Shown: positions 50,225-62,135 of the stretch, piece by piece
Position numbering within the stretch: the stretch's first letter is position 1
How the letters are laid out: every line of letters begins with the position of its first letter
Source of the DNA: Felis catus
Lineage: Eukaryota
Length of the DNA stretch: 64,000 nucleotides
Assembly: GCF_018350175.1 (NCBI RefSeq)
Contig: NC_058368.1
Location: 99,822,001-99,886,000, forward strand
Direction: 5' to 3'
The notes under the pieces: model-generated
What the model saw: only the letters and a program-made list of their open reading frames with translations
What the model was told of the DNA's origin: nothing
Database searches by the model: none
Made by a program: the position numbers and the translations under genes

Positions 50225-50495
50225 TTACCTTAAATATCTGCTCCGCAGAGAAGCCTTCCCTGATAGTGTTCTTGGAAGAACTATTGCAATCAATTCCTAG
50301 TCCCTGTCTATTACGTCACCCTGGTTATTAAATTAATAGCATTTTCCACAAGTTTCAGCTGTCATGTTTGTTAGCTTGTTGTGTATCTTCTTCCACATAG
50401 ATGTAAGTTTCACGAGGACAAGGATTCTGTCTTGTTCATCTCTGTATCTACAATGCCTAGTACTCTTAGTGCTCAAGTATTTGAAGAATGACAGG
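50225..50495 (+). mobile_element. L2 3' end
   Basis: agatgtaagtttcacgaggacaaggattctgtcttgttcatctctgtatctacaatgcctagtac. Confidence 0.75.
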
Positions 50496-51407
50496 CAGTG
50501 AAAGAGGGGGGTGAAGGAGACCAAATAGAATAAATTGTATTTCCAAGAGATAAAGAACTGAAAGAAAAGCCTTTTGGGCATAAAAAAAGGAATGCATGTA
50601 GCAAAGAAAATGCTTGCTTCGCTCTTCCATTGTTTATTGCTATAAATAGAATAAGTAGAAATAAAATGAGATATCCTCAAAGAAAGAATACAGAAGGAAT
50701 ATTTTTTGAGGAGTTTCATCTAAATATTGATCAACTTCTTTCACTTAAATCAGTCATTTATGAACAAATTGTAGCATAAAACTATTTTACAATAGAGGGG
50801 GAAAAATAAATATGGTCTTAAACCTATAATTCCTGAACATTAGGATTTCAAGGGGCTGGCAGGAATAGATTTCCACTAAGAGCAAACTAAAATTGAACTA
50901 CTAAATAGGGTTTGGGTCTAAAACTGAGCAGGAGTAAAATGGTTTAATGAGTCATGAAATTTTATGAAACTGGTAAAAATACTCTATCTAAATAGCAGTC
51001 TCTGAATCCAAAATGATGCTATCTTGTTTTCAGAAATAATCCAGTTATCTTTGGACATCATCAAAAGTTGCAAGGACAACTTCTGCCTGATAAAGTAATG
51101 AAAAGTTTTAAGTGTTTTGAGATTAGAGTCCATGTATGCTACCCCTTGATGTCCTACTACTAACACAGTGCTAATAGAGGTCACCCACTCAACAAATAAA
51201 TGGATAAGTATTTCTCAGAAATACTACTCTATATGTAGCAAACGCTGTCATACATTGTAAGGCACACCTCCTTCTAGGGTATCTCACTCTCATGGGGAAG
51301 GCAGGTAAGCAAACACACTATTTCTCTAATGTAAGAACCAATACAGAAATAATCTCAGGGCGCTAAGAGAGGAAAGCCTTAATAAATATAGACAAGTTAG
51401 TTAGCTC

Positions 51408-51844
51408 TGTACAACCCATGACAAGCAATGTCTATTTACTCAGTGTACTGCAACCACGGAGTTAACCACCATCACTCATGTTTGGCAGAAACTCAAAGGC
51501 AAGAAGAAAAAAAAAATAGCTTTATGGTGGAAAAAATTGAAGGCTTTAGGCCTGCCATAACCAGAGGTTATGGTCATGGGGAATTTGTAGATGGGCTAAC
51601 TAGAAGTGGGCATCCTATGTGATTGGCTAGACATTGCATAGTTGGCTCTTTCCAGTTGGTCCCAGGGTGGAAGCAGGGGCAAAAATAAGGAAAGCTGTCA
51701 GTTACATGAGGAACTGGTCACTTTGTGCTGGTTACTACAGGGGTCATTGTTTGTGTACTGTTTGCTGCTGGACTGACTCCGTTGGGTCAAAGTGCTATTT
51801 TTATATATTGTGTGGCCATTGCTATTTGCATATTCAGTCTCTCA
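51408..51844 (-). mobile_element. ERV1-type LTR (MER110-like)
   Basis: Minus strand begins TGAGAGACTGAATATGCAAAT; CCAAT box (gattggct); the other boundary is uncertain. Confidence 0.5.
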
Positions 51845-52109
51845 AATGCATATTGATGGTGATGAAGAATTTAATTAAAAAGTTAGCTTCACATTCCAAC
51901 CAATTTGCCCCCTATTTTTTTTTCTTCTCTTATAAGCTGAATGTAACCTACATTTTTAAACATTCATAAAGAGAAGTCATTTGCTAAAGAAAGCTTGTTT
52001 GATTTCCAAAAAAGACAGAGTCATAATGTAGAAAGATTAGTGCTACTGCAGAGAGAATTATAAAATCAACAGATCGGACAGTTCAGATGCCTATAATAAA
52101 ATTACTTTT

Positions 52110-53023
52110 CTCAAATTTGTATTTAAATTCAAGTTAGTCAACATGCAGTGTAATATTGCTTTTAGGAGTAGAATTTAGTGATTCCTCACTTACATATAAC
52201 ACGCAATGCTCAACACAACAAGTGCCCTCCTTAATACCCATCACCCATTTCGTTTACCCCCTGCCTACCTCCCCTCCAGCAACCCTCAGTTTATTCTCTA
52301 TAATTAAGAGTTTCTTATGGTTTGCTTCACTCTCCTTTTTGTTCTCTTCCCCTATGTTCACCTGTTTTGTTTCCTAAATTCCACATATGAATGAAATCAT
52401 ATGATATTTGTCTTTCTCTGACTGACTTATTTTGCTTAGCATAATACTCTCTATCTACCTTGTTGCAAATGGCAAGATTCCATTCTTTTTCATGGCTGAG
52501 TAGTATCCCATTGTATTAATATAACACACCTTCTTTATCCATTCATCAGTCAATGGACATTTGGGCTCTTTCCATAATTTGGCTATTGTTGATAATGCTG
52601 CTATAAACATCGGGGTGCACATGTTCCTTCGAATCAGTATTATTGTATCCTTTGGGTAAATACCTAGTAGTACAATTATTGAGTCATAGGGTAGCTCTTT
52701 TTTTAACTTTTAGGAACTCCCATACTGTTTTCCAGAGTGGCTGCACCGGTTTGCAATCCCACCAACAGTGTAAGAGGGTTCCACTTTCTCCACGTCCTCA
52801 CAAACATCTCTTATTTCCTGTGTTGTTAATTTTTGCCATTGTGACAGATGTGAGGTGGTATCTCATCATGGTTTTGATTTGTATTTCCCTTGTGCTGAGT
52901 GATGATGAGCATCTTTTCATGTGTCTGTTGGACATCTGGGTGTCTTCTTTGGAAAAAGGCCTGTTGATGTCTTCTGCCCATTTCTTAACTGGATTATTTG
53001 TTTTTTGGATGTTGAGTTTGATA
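52110..53023 (-). mobile_element. Carnivore L1 3' end (ORF2 C-terminus plus 3'UTR)
   Basis: Minus ORF 52798-53040 [54 protein letters not shown] is the L1 ORF2 C-terminal region. Confidence 0.93.
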
Positions 53024-53186
53024 ATGTCTATACTACCCAAATCAATCTACACATTTAATGTAAACCCTATCAAAATCCCACCAGCATTTTGCACAGAGCC
53101 ATAATAAACAATCCTAAAATTTGTATGGAATCACAAAAGACCCTGAATAGTCTTAAATAAGAAAAACAAAGCTGGAGCAATCACAG
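53024..53186 (+). mobile_element. Inverted 5' segment of the same L1 (ORF2 post-RT region)
   Basis: [25 protein letters not shown]...ILKFVWNHKRP...KKNKAGAIT is L1 ORF2 in the opposite orientation. Confidence 0.88.
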
Positions 53187-53609
53187 ATTAAATTATTTTT
53201 TTTAATTAAATAAACATGACAGTTCAATTCACAATTGAAGTAGTGGCTGTACTACTACATTAAATGATAACCTTTTAAATTAAAGAAGGTGTTTTCAATT
53301 AAGAAAGTAAGAGGTGCCACTAATGCCCAACTAGTCATATTCTTCGTATGTCCCGTTTGTTCCCATAATTTCCCCTTGTATTTTCTAGTGTGGAAAGCCT
53401 GTGTTTTAGATGTATAATTCTGCCATGTCTTTTTTTATCTTCAGTTGTTTATCTTAATTCTCAAAGACACGACGGTTTACAAAAAAACGAATAAAAAACA
53501 GCAGAACAAAAGCCTAGTCAACCACCTAAAAACCACTTAAGTCCAGATGGTATAACACATAGAGTGTGGGGGAAAAACAGTTCTATGTACCACACACCCT
53601 GTTACTTGC

Positions 53610-53670
53610 CTCAAGAATACTTAAAATGGCAGATTTTTTGCATTCTTGGTATTGAAGATGGCGCCAAAGG
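53610..53670 (-). CDS. Candidate internal coding exon (61 nt, phase 2 to 0) of an unidentified minus-strand gene: xLWRHLQYQECKKSAILSILE
   Basis: Minus-strand acceptor tttgtcacttttaaatcag and donor GAG|gcaagt (consensus GC donor). Only one of three frames is open; it ends in phase 0 and joins exon 40178-40101 in frame. Lies in non-repetitive DNA. Confidence 0.55.
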
Positions 53671-55019
53671 CTGATTTAAAAGTGACAAAAAATAATGTCC
53701 AAATGTGTTCATAGTGTGCCTTTATGCATGTGTCTCCCTCACCACATATATTTTCTTCCCACTGCTCACGGTTTGAAAATGTAAAACACAATTTAATATA
53801 AATTTAATGGATCATATTCAGTATAGTTGCCCGATTTTATATATGAATTGTGCCAGTTTTTGCTGTCTTGCTTCATAGAGACTCCAGGAAATGTGTGACT
53901 TGCCACAGCTCAAGAACTTAAATAAAAGCAAATGTGGTTTCTGATGCAAAGCCCTATACTTCTCAAGTGATTACAAATTCAGAAGAAAATGATTACTTCT
54001 GCTATTTAACAAGTTTTAGAGGCATGTCAACTTGCTAGCAAACTCTTTTCAATGTAGGCTGATAAACAATTCTGACTCTAGATCAAAGTCCTCTTCCCTT
54101 AGACAAAATCGACCAAGTGCCACAAAATATGCCAGCTCATATTCAATGAACTGGGCTTCTCTTTGCAATAACCTTAGGATTGCTGTAGCAGTGGGTATTC
54201 GCAGTATGTGATAACTCTCATTATCTCGTTTGTTCATAGCTCTCCCAAACAAGGACTGTTAACTTCAAGTTCATAGATATCTTGGAAGGAATCCATTAAC
54301 TCTGAAATTTTACAGAAGGGCATATTTTTTTTTCATGGAAAGAGGATGCCCATCTATAAATAGATTCCAAAAAGGTATCAGTGACACCCAATTGGTTAAG
54401 ATATTGGGATATATCTAAATCATAAACAAATACCTTTGGGATTTATACTAGATAACCAACGTATAGAAAAAAATAGCTTAGTGGTCTTTGAAGGATGTCA
54501 CTAAGTAGTTTTCTCATACATCTGGTAGTGACATTTCTTCTCTCTCTGTACATTTATTTAAGATTTAAACACATTGGTCATTTCAAATAATATTCTATTA
54601 CTATATTGAACGTTTAAAGTCACCAAAATATTTTGCTTTAATGTTAACATGATTTAACATTTATCTTATGCTTTAATTTGATGTTCCAGTTTTAAGTAAG
54701 GTCACAGATTATTTTCAATTATTTATTCTTTCATTTACTTATTATCACTACTATATAGATAGGGTTCTTTGTTCCTAACAACAGAATCCCTGCTAAGCAG
54801 AAAAGGATGTATTAAGGGCATTAGGTAGCTTAACAAATTTCTATCTCAGCCAAAGAGCCAAACTTGGATGTTAGACAGCAGGAAAACTGCAGCCAGAACA
54901 CAACTTTGGTCCTGTTCTAGTGAAAACACCACTATGGCTTCTGCTCACCACTTACTATGCTATGAATAAAATATTTGACAACTACGATGAACCTGAACCA
55001 CATATTGGCCATTTGATCT

Positions 55020-55465
55020 TCCATATCTACTCTCAACCCTTTCCTGCTTTGCTCTCTGCTCCAAACGGCTGATCTACCCGATTCTACTAACAAGGTAATG
55101 ACCCATATGGATTCTCTTTGGATGGACCAGTGGGGATACTGCAAAAAAATTGGAGGGAAGAGAGTGAGTTTATGACATTTATTGATTTAGGTCCCTCCCT
55201 AAATCTGTTAGGTTCTGTTAGATTGCCTCAGGATGGCTGTGTTCCTTGAGGCAACTTGCCCTGCACAATTCTCTCTCCCTCTCTACTCCAGTTGAATATC
55301 CATTTCTCACTCCTTTGGGATAGGGTTAGAGGGCATCCCTACTGCTGCGAGACCAGGGAAATTGTTGTATTCATTAAGATGGCCTACATACCATGCAGAC
55401 CTTTACCAATGGTGCCTTTATAAATAGACAGTGTGTCCTTTGTTTCCTGTTGAGACTCAAACTTA
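55020..55465 (+). mobile_element. LTR33-like ERVL LTR, within MLT1-like sequence from about 54760
   Basis: gaccagtggggatactgcaaaaaaattggagggaagagagtgag...tgtcctttgtttcctgttgagactc. Confidence 0.55.
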
Positions 55466-56171
55466 ACAATATTTGCATTTTTGTTGCTGAAGACCTGTTT
55501 TATAGCTATTCCAGGAAAATCAAAATTCTCCCCTACAGGATGCTCTCTCCCTGTACTCGACTACACAAATGTAACTTAATTCCACCTTACAAATCTCAGC
55601 TGTAGATCTCAGATAGTATGAAGAACATCAGATGCGAGGATTTGGGGAAATTTAGTTTTATCTTTTAGGCCTCCACAATTTAAGAAAGTACACCAAAAGG
55701 GACAAAGTAGATGTTGCACGAGGCAGCATACCATTACCTGCTTCAAATACTGATATTTACAGATAAAAATCTATAAAAAGTTGACCTGCTATGAAGTGAG
55801 TAGTAGTGTTTTCTACAACTTTGTCATGTATCGACTTGGCCTATGTTGTTTTATACAAATATTTGGATTAGTAATCAAAGAGCACAGCTCGATATTAACC
55901 AAGAACATGCATGTATTAACTATCAATAGTACATAAAGCTTAAAAGGTCAGGTAAATATTGGCTTTGTTATGTGTATTCGGAATATATTTTTCATATATG
56001 CAATACATACACCAGAGGTTTATTCTATCACTCTACCAAATACATCCTCAAAAATGTAGCTATGACACAAGTATCATTTCCCTTGTGAATTCCATGGGTG
56101 CTGAAAATATTACACAGTGGATAGACTATGGTCATAAAGAGCATTTCCAGGATGCGGTAGACTTTAAAAAA

Positions 56172-56345
56172 AATGTTTTTGTATTTATTTTGAGAGAGAG
56201 AGGGAGGAAGAGAGAGGATCCCAAGAAGGCTCCTCACTGTCAGGACAGAGCCTGTCATGGGGCTCGATCCCACGAACCACAAGATCTCGACCTGAGCCAA
56301 AATCAAGGGTGAGACGCTTATCTGACTGAGCCACTCAGGCACCCC
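56172..56345 (-). mobile_element. CanSINE inserted at the start of the MaLR 5' LTR
   Basis: TSD gatgcggtagacttt/gatgtggtagatttt. Confidence 0.92.
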
Positions 56346-57329
56346 AAGATGTGGTAGATTTTTTAAATGACCACAGTCTTTCATTTCTCCAATGAAGAGT
56401 AAGTACCTATTTCCCCAGCTCTTGAAAATGGATGAGCTTTGTGAACTCTTGGCCACAAGGATATAGGCAAAGTATGGCACAAGCAAAAATTTGAAAAGCA
56501 TTTATACACTGGGACTTACCCATTTGCCATTCCTGGGATCTGTTGTTACCACCATCATATGAATAAGCCTTGGCAAGCCTGCTATATGACAAGAGACACG
56601 TGACTCAATTATACCATCTGTTCAGGTAACAGAAACCAATCACCAGACAAGTTTGTGAGGCCATCCTGGAGAAGCCAGCCTCCAACCAACCTGCCAGCTA
56701 ACAGCAGATACAAGAACTGGCCCAAATGAGATGAGCCTAGTGCACCTGGAACAAAAAAGCCAGCATTGAGCCTAGCCCAAATTGCAGACTCACAGAATTA
56801 TGAGCTGAGAAAAAAAATAAATAGGTTTTTTAAAGGTTTGTCAAGACACTAAGTTCTGTGGGGTTTTTTAAAACACAACAAGTTAATGCATGTATAAAAA
56901 AAGATACCTAGAAGGAATATGCAGCTGTTGTCTAACTGAAAAATATATAGCATTGCATGTAGGACTGGGCAGTAAACTGAAGCTGGAAAAGCAGTGAAGA
57001 AACTTGCAAGGGCTGACCTGTGCTATGAAGTAAAGACTAAGTGGCAAAACCATCACCTGTGGCAACAAGGGAGACAAAGAATGTATCTGCTAAGCTTGTT
57101 GGGCGTTGACGAGATGGCTTTACAGCAGAATGTTTCAAGTGTCAGTCGGATTCTTTTAGTTTCTAAGATAAAGTGTGGGAAGAGAGATATGCTAAAAATA
57201 AACCATTTTCAAACAGAATTTATTTTTTCAGACAGAATTTAAAAGGAAAATAAAAGGGTGAGACAAGTTGGACTGGAAAACAAAATTGTTTCTCATTTCC
57301 AGTACCTTCAACTAGAAAATTATCATTAT

Positions 57330-57683
57330 TATTACTTAGTTTCAGGTGTAGGATTTAGTGATTCATCACTTACATACAACACCCAGTGCTCATCACAAAT
57401 GCCCACCTTAATACCCCTCACCCAGTTAACCCATATCCTGCCCATCTCTTCTCCAGCAACCCTCAGTTTGTTCTCTATAGTTAAGAGTATTATTTCTGGT
57501 TTGCCTCTCTTTTTCTCCCGCTGCTGTGTTAATCTTTCTTGTTTCTTAAACTCCACAGATGAGTGAAATCATATGGTATTTGTCTTTCTCTGACTTATTT
57601 TGCTAAGCACAATACACTTTAGTTCTATTAACATTGTTGCAAATGTCAAGATTTCATTCTTTTTCATGGCTGAGTAATATCCC

Positions 57684-57731
<48 letters not shown>

Positions 57732-57800
57732 CGTGTGTGTATGCCACATATTTATCCATTCATCAGTCAATGGATTTTGAGCATTTTCTGTAATTTGGCT
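57330..57800 (-). mobile_element. Carnivore L1 3' end nested in MLT1-int, with (TG)n at 57687-57740
   Basis: ggatttagtgattcatcacttacatacaacacccagtgctcatcac; homologous to 52165-52570. Confidence 0.88.
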
Positions 57801-58221
57801 TGTAATCTAAGCAGCCTTAGATTAAAAGGAACTAAGACTGCTAAAATTAAAAAAAAAATCTTCTGTGTCTCAACTGTCTACGGAAGAAGCAAGTTAAGAA
57901 AGCTACTCAGTTGCAATTGGAGGCAACTGAGTGAAAAGAAATAAGAAACATTTCAGAGACTTGAACCATGAACTCAAAGGTTGGATTCAAGATCCATAGA
58001 AAACGGTGACCAAGTAACCACTCCCAAGGAAAATTTAAGAAGTTTTTACTGGGACCAGTTCTATGGAGAACTGGGACCAAATCAAGAAACATTCCCTGGT
58101 CCTAGAAGACCTGACAGCATTGGCCCTGTGGGATTCCAGAATTGCATGTATTAGCCCCTGTGATCTGGCTCCTGTTCCTTCCTTTTTTAATGGAAAAGTC
58201 CATTAGAATTACCCTATCCTT

Positions 58222-58421
58222 GGGACACCTGCGTGGCTCAGTCTGTTGAGTGCCGACTTTGGCTCAGGTCATGATCTCATGGTCTGTGAGTTCAAGCCTC
58301 GCGTTGGGCTCTGTGCTGACAACTCAGAGCTTGGAGCCTGCTTCAGATCCTGTGTCTCCCTCTCTCTCTGCTCCTCTCTCACTCATGTTCTCTCTCTCAA
58401 AAATAAAACACTACAAAAAAA
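58222..58421 (+). mobile_element. SINEC_Fc-type SINE nested in MLT1-int
   Basis: TSD aattaccctatccttg/aattatcctatccttg. Confidence 0.94.
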
Positions 58422-59405
58422 TTAATTATCCTATCCTTGTCCATCCACTGCAGGTGAGGCACACATGTGTTTTTAGTTCACTGTTTTCTTTAGTTCATGG
58501 GATCAAGAGGAACACAACCAAGGAGCAACATTCAGACCTTATTTAAGCAAGAGAAACACATTCAAGGATCTCTCTTTAAATCATGAGATCCTGGACTTCC
58601 AGCCGAAAACTGGAATGTAATGAGACTCCTGGGGAGTCTTAGAAGAAGATAAGGGTATTTTGAAAGTGAGAGGAGAGTGAATTAATTGGGATCAACTGAC
58701 AAACTATAGTAGTTTATTAAAACACAATTATCCCTCTTTCATATAAAGACTTTCCACTTTCCCACCCCTTGAATCTAGGTTGGCCGTGTAATTTGCCATG
58801 TAAATGAGACATTAACAAAAATGATACAAGCGCTTACCTACTTGCTGTTTCTGGGCCTTCTGCCACTGCCACCATGTGAATATGCCCAGATTAGCCTACT
58901 GGTTGATGAGAGACATGCGGCTTAATTACATTTATACTCCATCTGAGAGTGTGACAACAATCAAACATGAACGAAGTTCTCGAGAGTCAGTCAGGCCCCA
59001 AGTGGCCTGCCAAGTATTAGAAAGCCCAGCTGAGTTCATCCAATTCCAACCTTAGGAAGAGCCGGCACAAACTGCCAAACTAAACAAAAGGTTGTTTTTT
59101 AAGCCACTCTCTTTGTTACACTAGCTTGTTACACGGCAAAGGCAAACCAATATACAAGAGTAATCTACTTCCATGTAAACATCTGGATGGAATCTCGAAA
59201 GAACAACATGAAAGTCTTCTATATCTCCTATTGAGAAGTCTGGGAATCTAGAATTACTGAAGATTAGATTTTTTGTTTGCTAAAAGGAAGAGTTGAACCC
59301 TCTTTTTAAACTAGGTCTGTACTACCCCCAGGAAGTACTGTCTTAAAAGCCGAAGATAGTACTTTACATTGGGGTAAAAACAGGCTTCAAATTAGAGTTG
59401 AAAGA

Positions 59406-59780
59406 TGTTGGGGGCAGGGAGGAGGGTCATGGAGGGAGCATGACCTCTGGTTGACCTGAGGGCTGGCCTGAGCAATCAGAGGCTCCTTGAAATGTACATT
59501 TTGCCCACTGTTCCCACAGTGGGAGCCATTTCCAAGGGTGTGGCCTTGCGAGAGCAGTATGTGGTTAGAACATCTACAGTGTTCATGACTTAACCCATTT
59601 AAGACCTTGTTAGATCTTGGCAGGTGGCTGTGGAAATCTACTTGGTTTGCTGCAGCCTAAGACAAGCCTTGAGTAGTTTCCCTTGCTTATCCAACCTGCT
59701 GCCCACCCCTCTGGAGTGATCCATCTCTTTCCCTGATGTCTCCTTACCCTCAGATAAAGGGCCCAGTTCTCAAACTAACA
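59406..59780 (+). mobile_element. Solo LTR (375 bp), family not assigned
   Basis: TGTT...AACA termini with perfect TSD AAAGA at 59401-59405 and 59781-59785. Confidence 0.75.
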
Positions 59781-60378
59781 AAAGATCTGTGTTACTTTTA
59801 CCTAGTAACCATTAACTGAATAGTTACATACATATTTACATATACATATACATACATGTACACATACATATATACATATCTAGAGTACATAAGTGGACAG
59901 TTCTAGTCCTCTGCTGAATAAGTAAAATAAAGGGGGTTGGATGAGGTGATAGCTGAGTTTCCATCTAGCTTGAAAATATTTTGGTTTTCTGATTTCATTT
60001 CATATTTTGAGGCCAGTCTGACCATTAAACTAATGGTCCATTAAACTAATAACAATGTCTCCCATATATAACTATATTTTTAATCCAAGTGTTTACAGAA
60101 GATTTATATAGTTGAAGACAGAAAATAATCACATTCCTAGGTTGCTCGATCAATCTGTCTAGCTAACTAGAGAAATAGAGATTTTTATTTTCTAATATTG
60201 TAAAATTGAAAGTTTCACCAATTAGTCTGTTTAAAAGTATTTTTTAAATACTAATTACATGTAAAGTATTGTGTTTTGACACCTTCCAGGACACAAGAGG
60301 TGTTGTATCTAGAAACTGCCCCCAAAGACCTTACTATTAATTGGAAAAGAAAGATATTTACTTATTAAAAAACAAATC

Positions 60379-60552
60379 GGGGGGCACCTGAATGGCTCAT
60401 TGGTTGAGCATCCGACTTTGGCTCAGGTCATGATCTCACAGGTGGTGAGTTCCAGCCCCACATGGGGCTCACTGCTGTCAGCCTGTCAGCGCAGAGCCCA
60501 ATTTGAATCCTCTGTCCCCCTTTCTCTCTGCCCCTCCCCCACTTATGCGCTT

Positions 60553-60589
<37 letters not shown>

Positions 60590-60618
60590 ACATAAGTAAA
60601 AAAACACATTAAAAAAAG
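60379..60618 (+). mobile_element. CanSINE
   Basis: Head/body/(CT)n/tail. Confidence 0.93.
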
Positions 60619-60689
60619 AAGCAAATAACAAGCTAACCCATAACAATATATGACAAATACCAGAGACATCATGTAAGTCAAAGCTTTGT

Positions 60690-60970
60690 GGTGAAGAGGG
60701 TAGGCTTTGGAGCCAGATTGCTGGACTCTGATGCTAGCTCCATCACTTACCTGCTGTGCAGCCTGGACAGGTTTTTTTTTTTTATTTTGTTTTTGTTTTT
60801 GTTTTTACCATCTCTGGGCCAACCCCTTAAATACATATGCACAAAATAGGTATATCAAAGATTGTACCTACCCCAGAGATTATTATAATTAATATATATG
60901 AAGTGCCTACAACAGTCTAAATGTTAATATATGCAAAGTGCTAAGCACATAGGAAATGTTATATAAGTGC
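60690..60970 (+). mobile_element. MIR
   Basis: ggctttggagccagattgctggactctgatgctagctccatcacttacctgctgtg...atatatgcaaagtgctaagcaca. Confidence 0.75.
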
Positions 60971-61158
60971 TATTTATCTAAATGTAGATGGTAAATGGCT
61001 AGGAATAATTAGCTACTCCACATGAACTGCTCTGAGACAAACTCCAGCCACCTCTAGAAGAAAAGTCAGCCAACTTCCTGACTTCAATTTCATGTTCCAT
61101 CTGTTTATCAGTATTCAGAAGTGGACCATGTTTGTTAACATTTTGTTTCCTCACATAC

Positions 61159-61201
61159 TCAAATTCAGTGTGCCAAAGTATTTTTTTACTATGGACAAAT
61201 T
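61159..61201 (-). CDS. Weak candidate upstream exon (43 nt, phase 1 to 2): xFVHSKKILWHTEFD
   Basis: Acceptor catgtcttgtcattag, donor GA|gtatgt; end phase matches exon 53670. Sites are only moderate. Confidence 0.2.
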
Positions 61202-61274
61202 CTAATGACAAGACATGTGAAGGGCATGTTTTAATCATAACCCTCATGTTGAGTCTGCTCTGTTTTTCTTTTTA

Positions 61275-61483
61275 AAATTATTTAATGTTTATTTATTTTT
61301 GAGAGTGAGAGACAGAGAGTGAGTGGGAAAGGGGCAGAGAAAGAGAGAGGAAGACACAGAATTCCAAACAGGCTCCAGGCTCTGAGCTGTCAGCACAGAG
61401 CCCAATGCTCGAACTCAGGAATGGCGAGATCATGACCTGAGCTGAAGTCAGATGCTTAACCGACTGAGCCACCCGGGCGCCCC
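61275..61483 (-). mobile_element. SINEC_Fc-type SINE
   Basis: TSD agtctgctctgtttt/agcctgctctgattt. Confidence 0.94.
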
Positions 61484-61954
61484 AAGCCTGCTCTGATTTC
61501 AAATGGCTGTTAGAATCAATACAGCAATTGATGCATTCGCATGGAAATATACATGTAAACTCAGTATCTGTGCTGTGCACTAATGCACCTCTCCTAGGAG
61601 ACTGGCACATAGTATGCATCCAGTGAATATTCTTGAAATAAATAAATGAATATGTTGAAGGTAATTTCAGAGGTAGAATACTAAAGGCAGTATCAAAAAA
61701 AAATGCAAAGCTCAGTCGGTACTATTGTTCAACTGAGTTTCCTTTTTTTTTTTTTTTTTGACTACATGCACCTACACAAAGTTCTACAGGTAAAACAAAA
61801 AAAAACAATAACTCATCTCAAATTAATGTTAGAAAATGCATTTATGTACTAATAGATTTAGGTTTCCATAATTTTCCTTTTGAAGTTATTTGGAGCCTAA
61901 CAGTTTACAATGCCATAAGAGCCACCTTAGACGTGATTTTCAGTGAAAGCGTTC

Positions 61955-62135
61955 AGCGCTAGGTGAGAAAGTGTGGTCTCCAAAGGGCTGCATCGGCATC
62001 ACCTGCATACTTGTTAGAGATGTAAATTCTCGGGCCCCATCCCTGACCTGGGGAAATTCTGGAAGTGAACACAGCAGTGTGTTTTAATGAAGTCTGCAGG
62101 TGTTTCTGTTGCATGCTAAATTGGGAGAACCCTGG
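61955..62135. mobile_element. MER5A hAT-Charlie MITE
   Basis: aaagtgtggtc...gcatcggcatcacctg...cttgttagagatgtaaattctcgggccccatccc...ttgggagaaccctg. Confidence 0.82.

Larger units (their letters stand above)
56153..59154 (+). mobile_element. Complete MaLR (MLT1F/G-like) element: 5' LTR (about 56153-56895), MLT1-int, 3' LTR (about 58705-59154)
   Basis: Two homologous LTRs (ctcttgaaaatggatgagc/cccttgaatctaggttggcc; ccatcatatgaataagcc/ccaccatgtgaatatgccc; gagacacgtgactcaatta/gagacatgcggcttaatta). Internal start gatacctagaaggaatatgcagctg and end gtattttgaaagtgagagg; flanking CAAGA. Confidence 0.75.

Noticed and set aside
52643..53104. 153-aa ORF
   Set aside because: Antisense L1 read through the inversion junction into sense ORF2; TE artefact.
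54049..54252. Protein-like minus-strand ORF (…ILRLLQREAQFIEYELAYF…)
   Set aside because: Weak acceptor, no donor, ends in a stop upstream of the better-supported exon chain, and no recognisable homology; not fully excluded as an alternative last exon.
56028..56501. 157-aa minus-strand ORF
   Set aside because: Spans an MLT1 LTR and a SINE.
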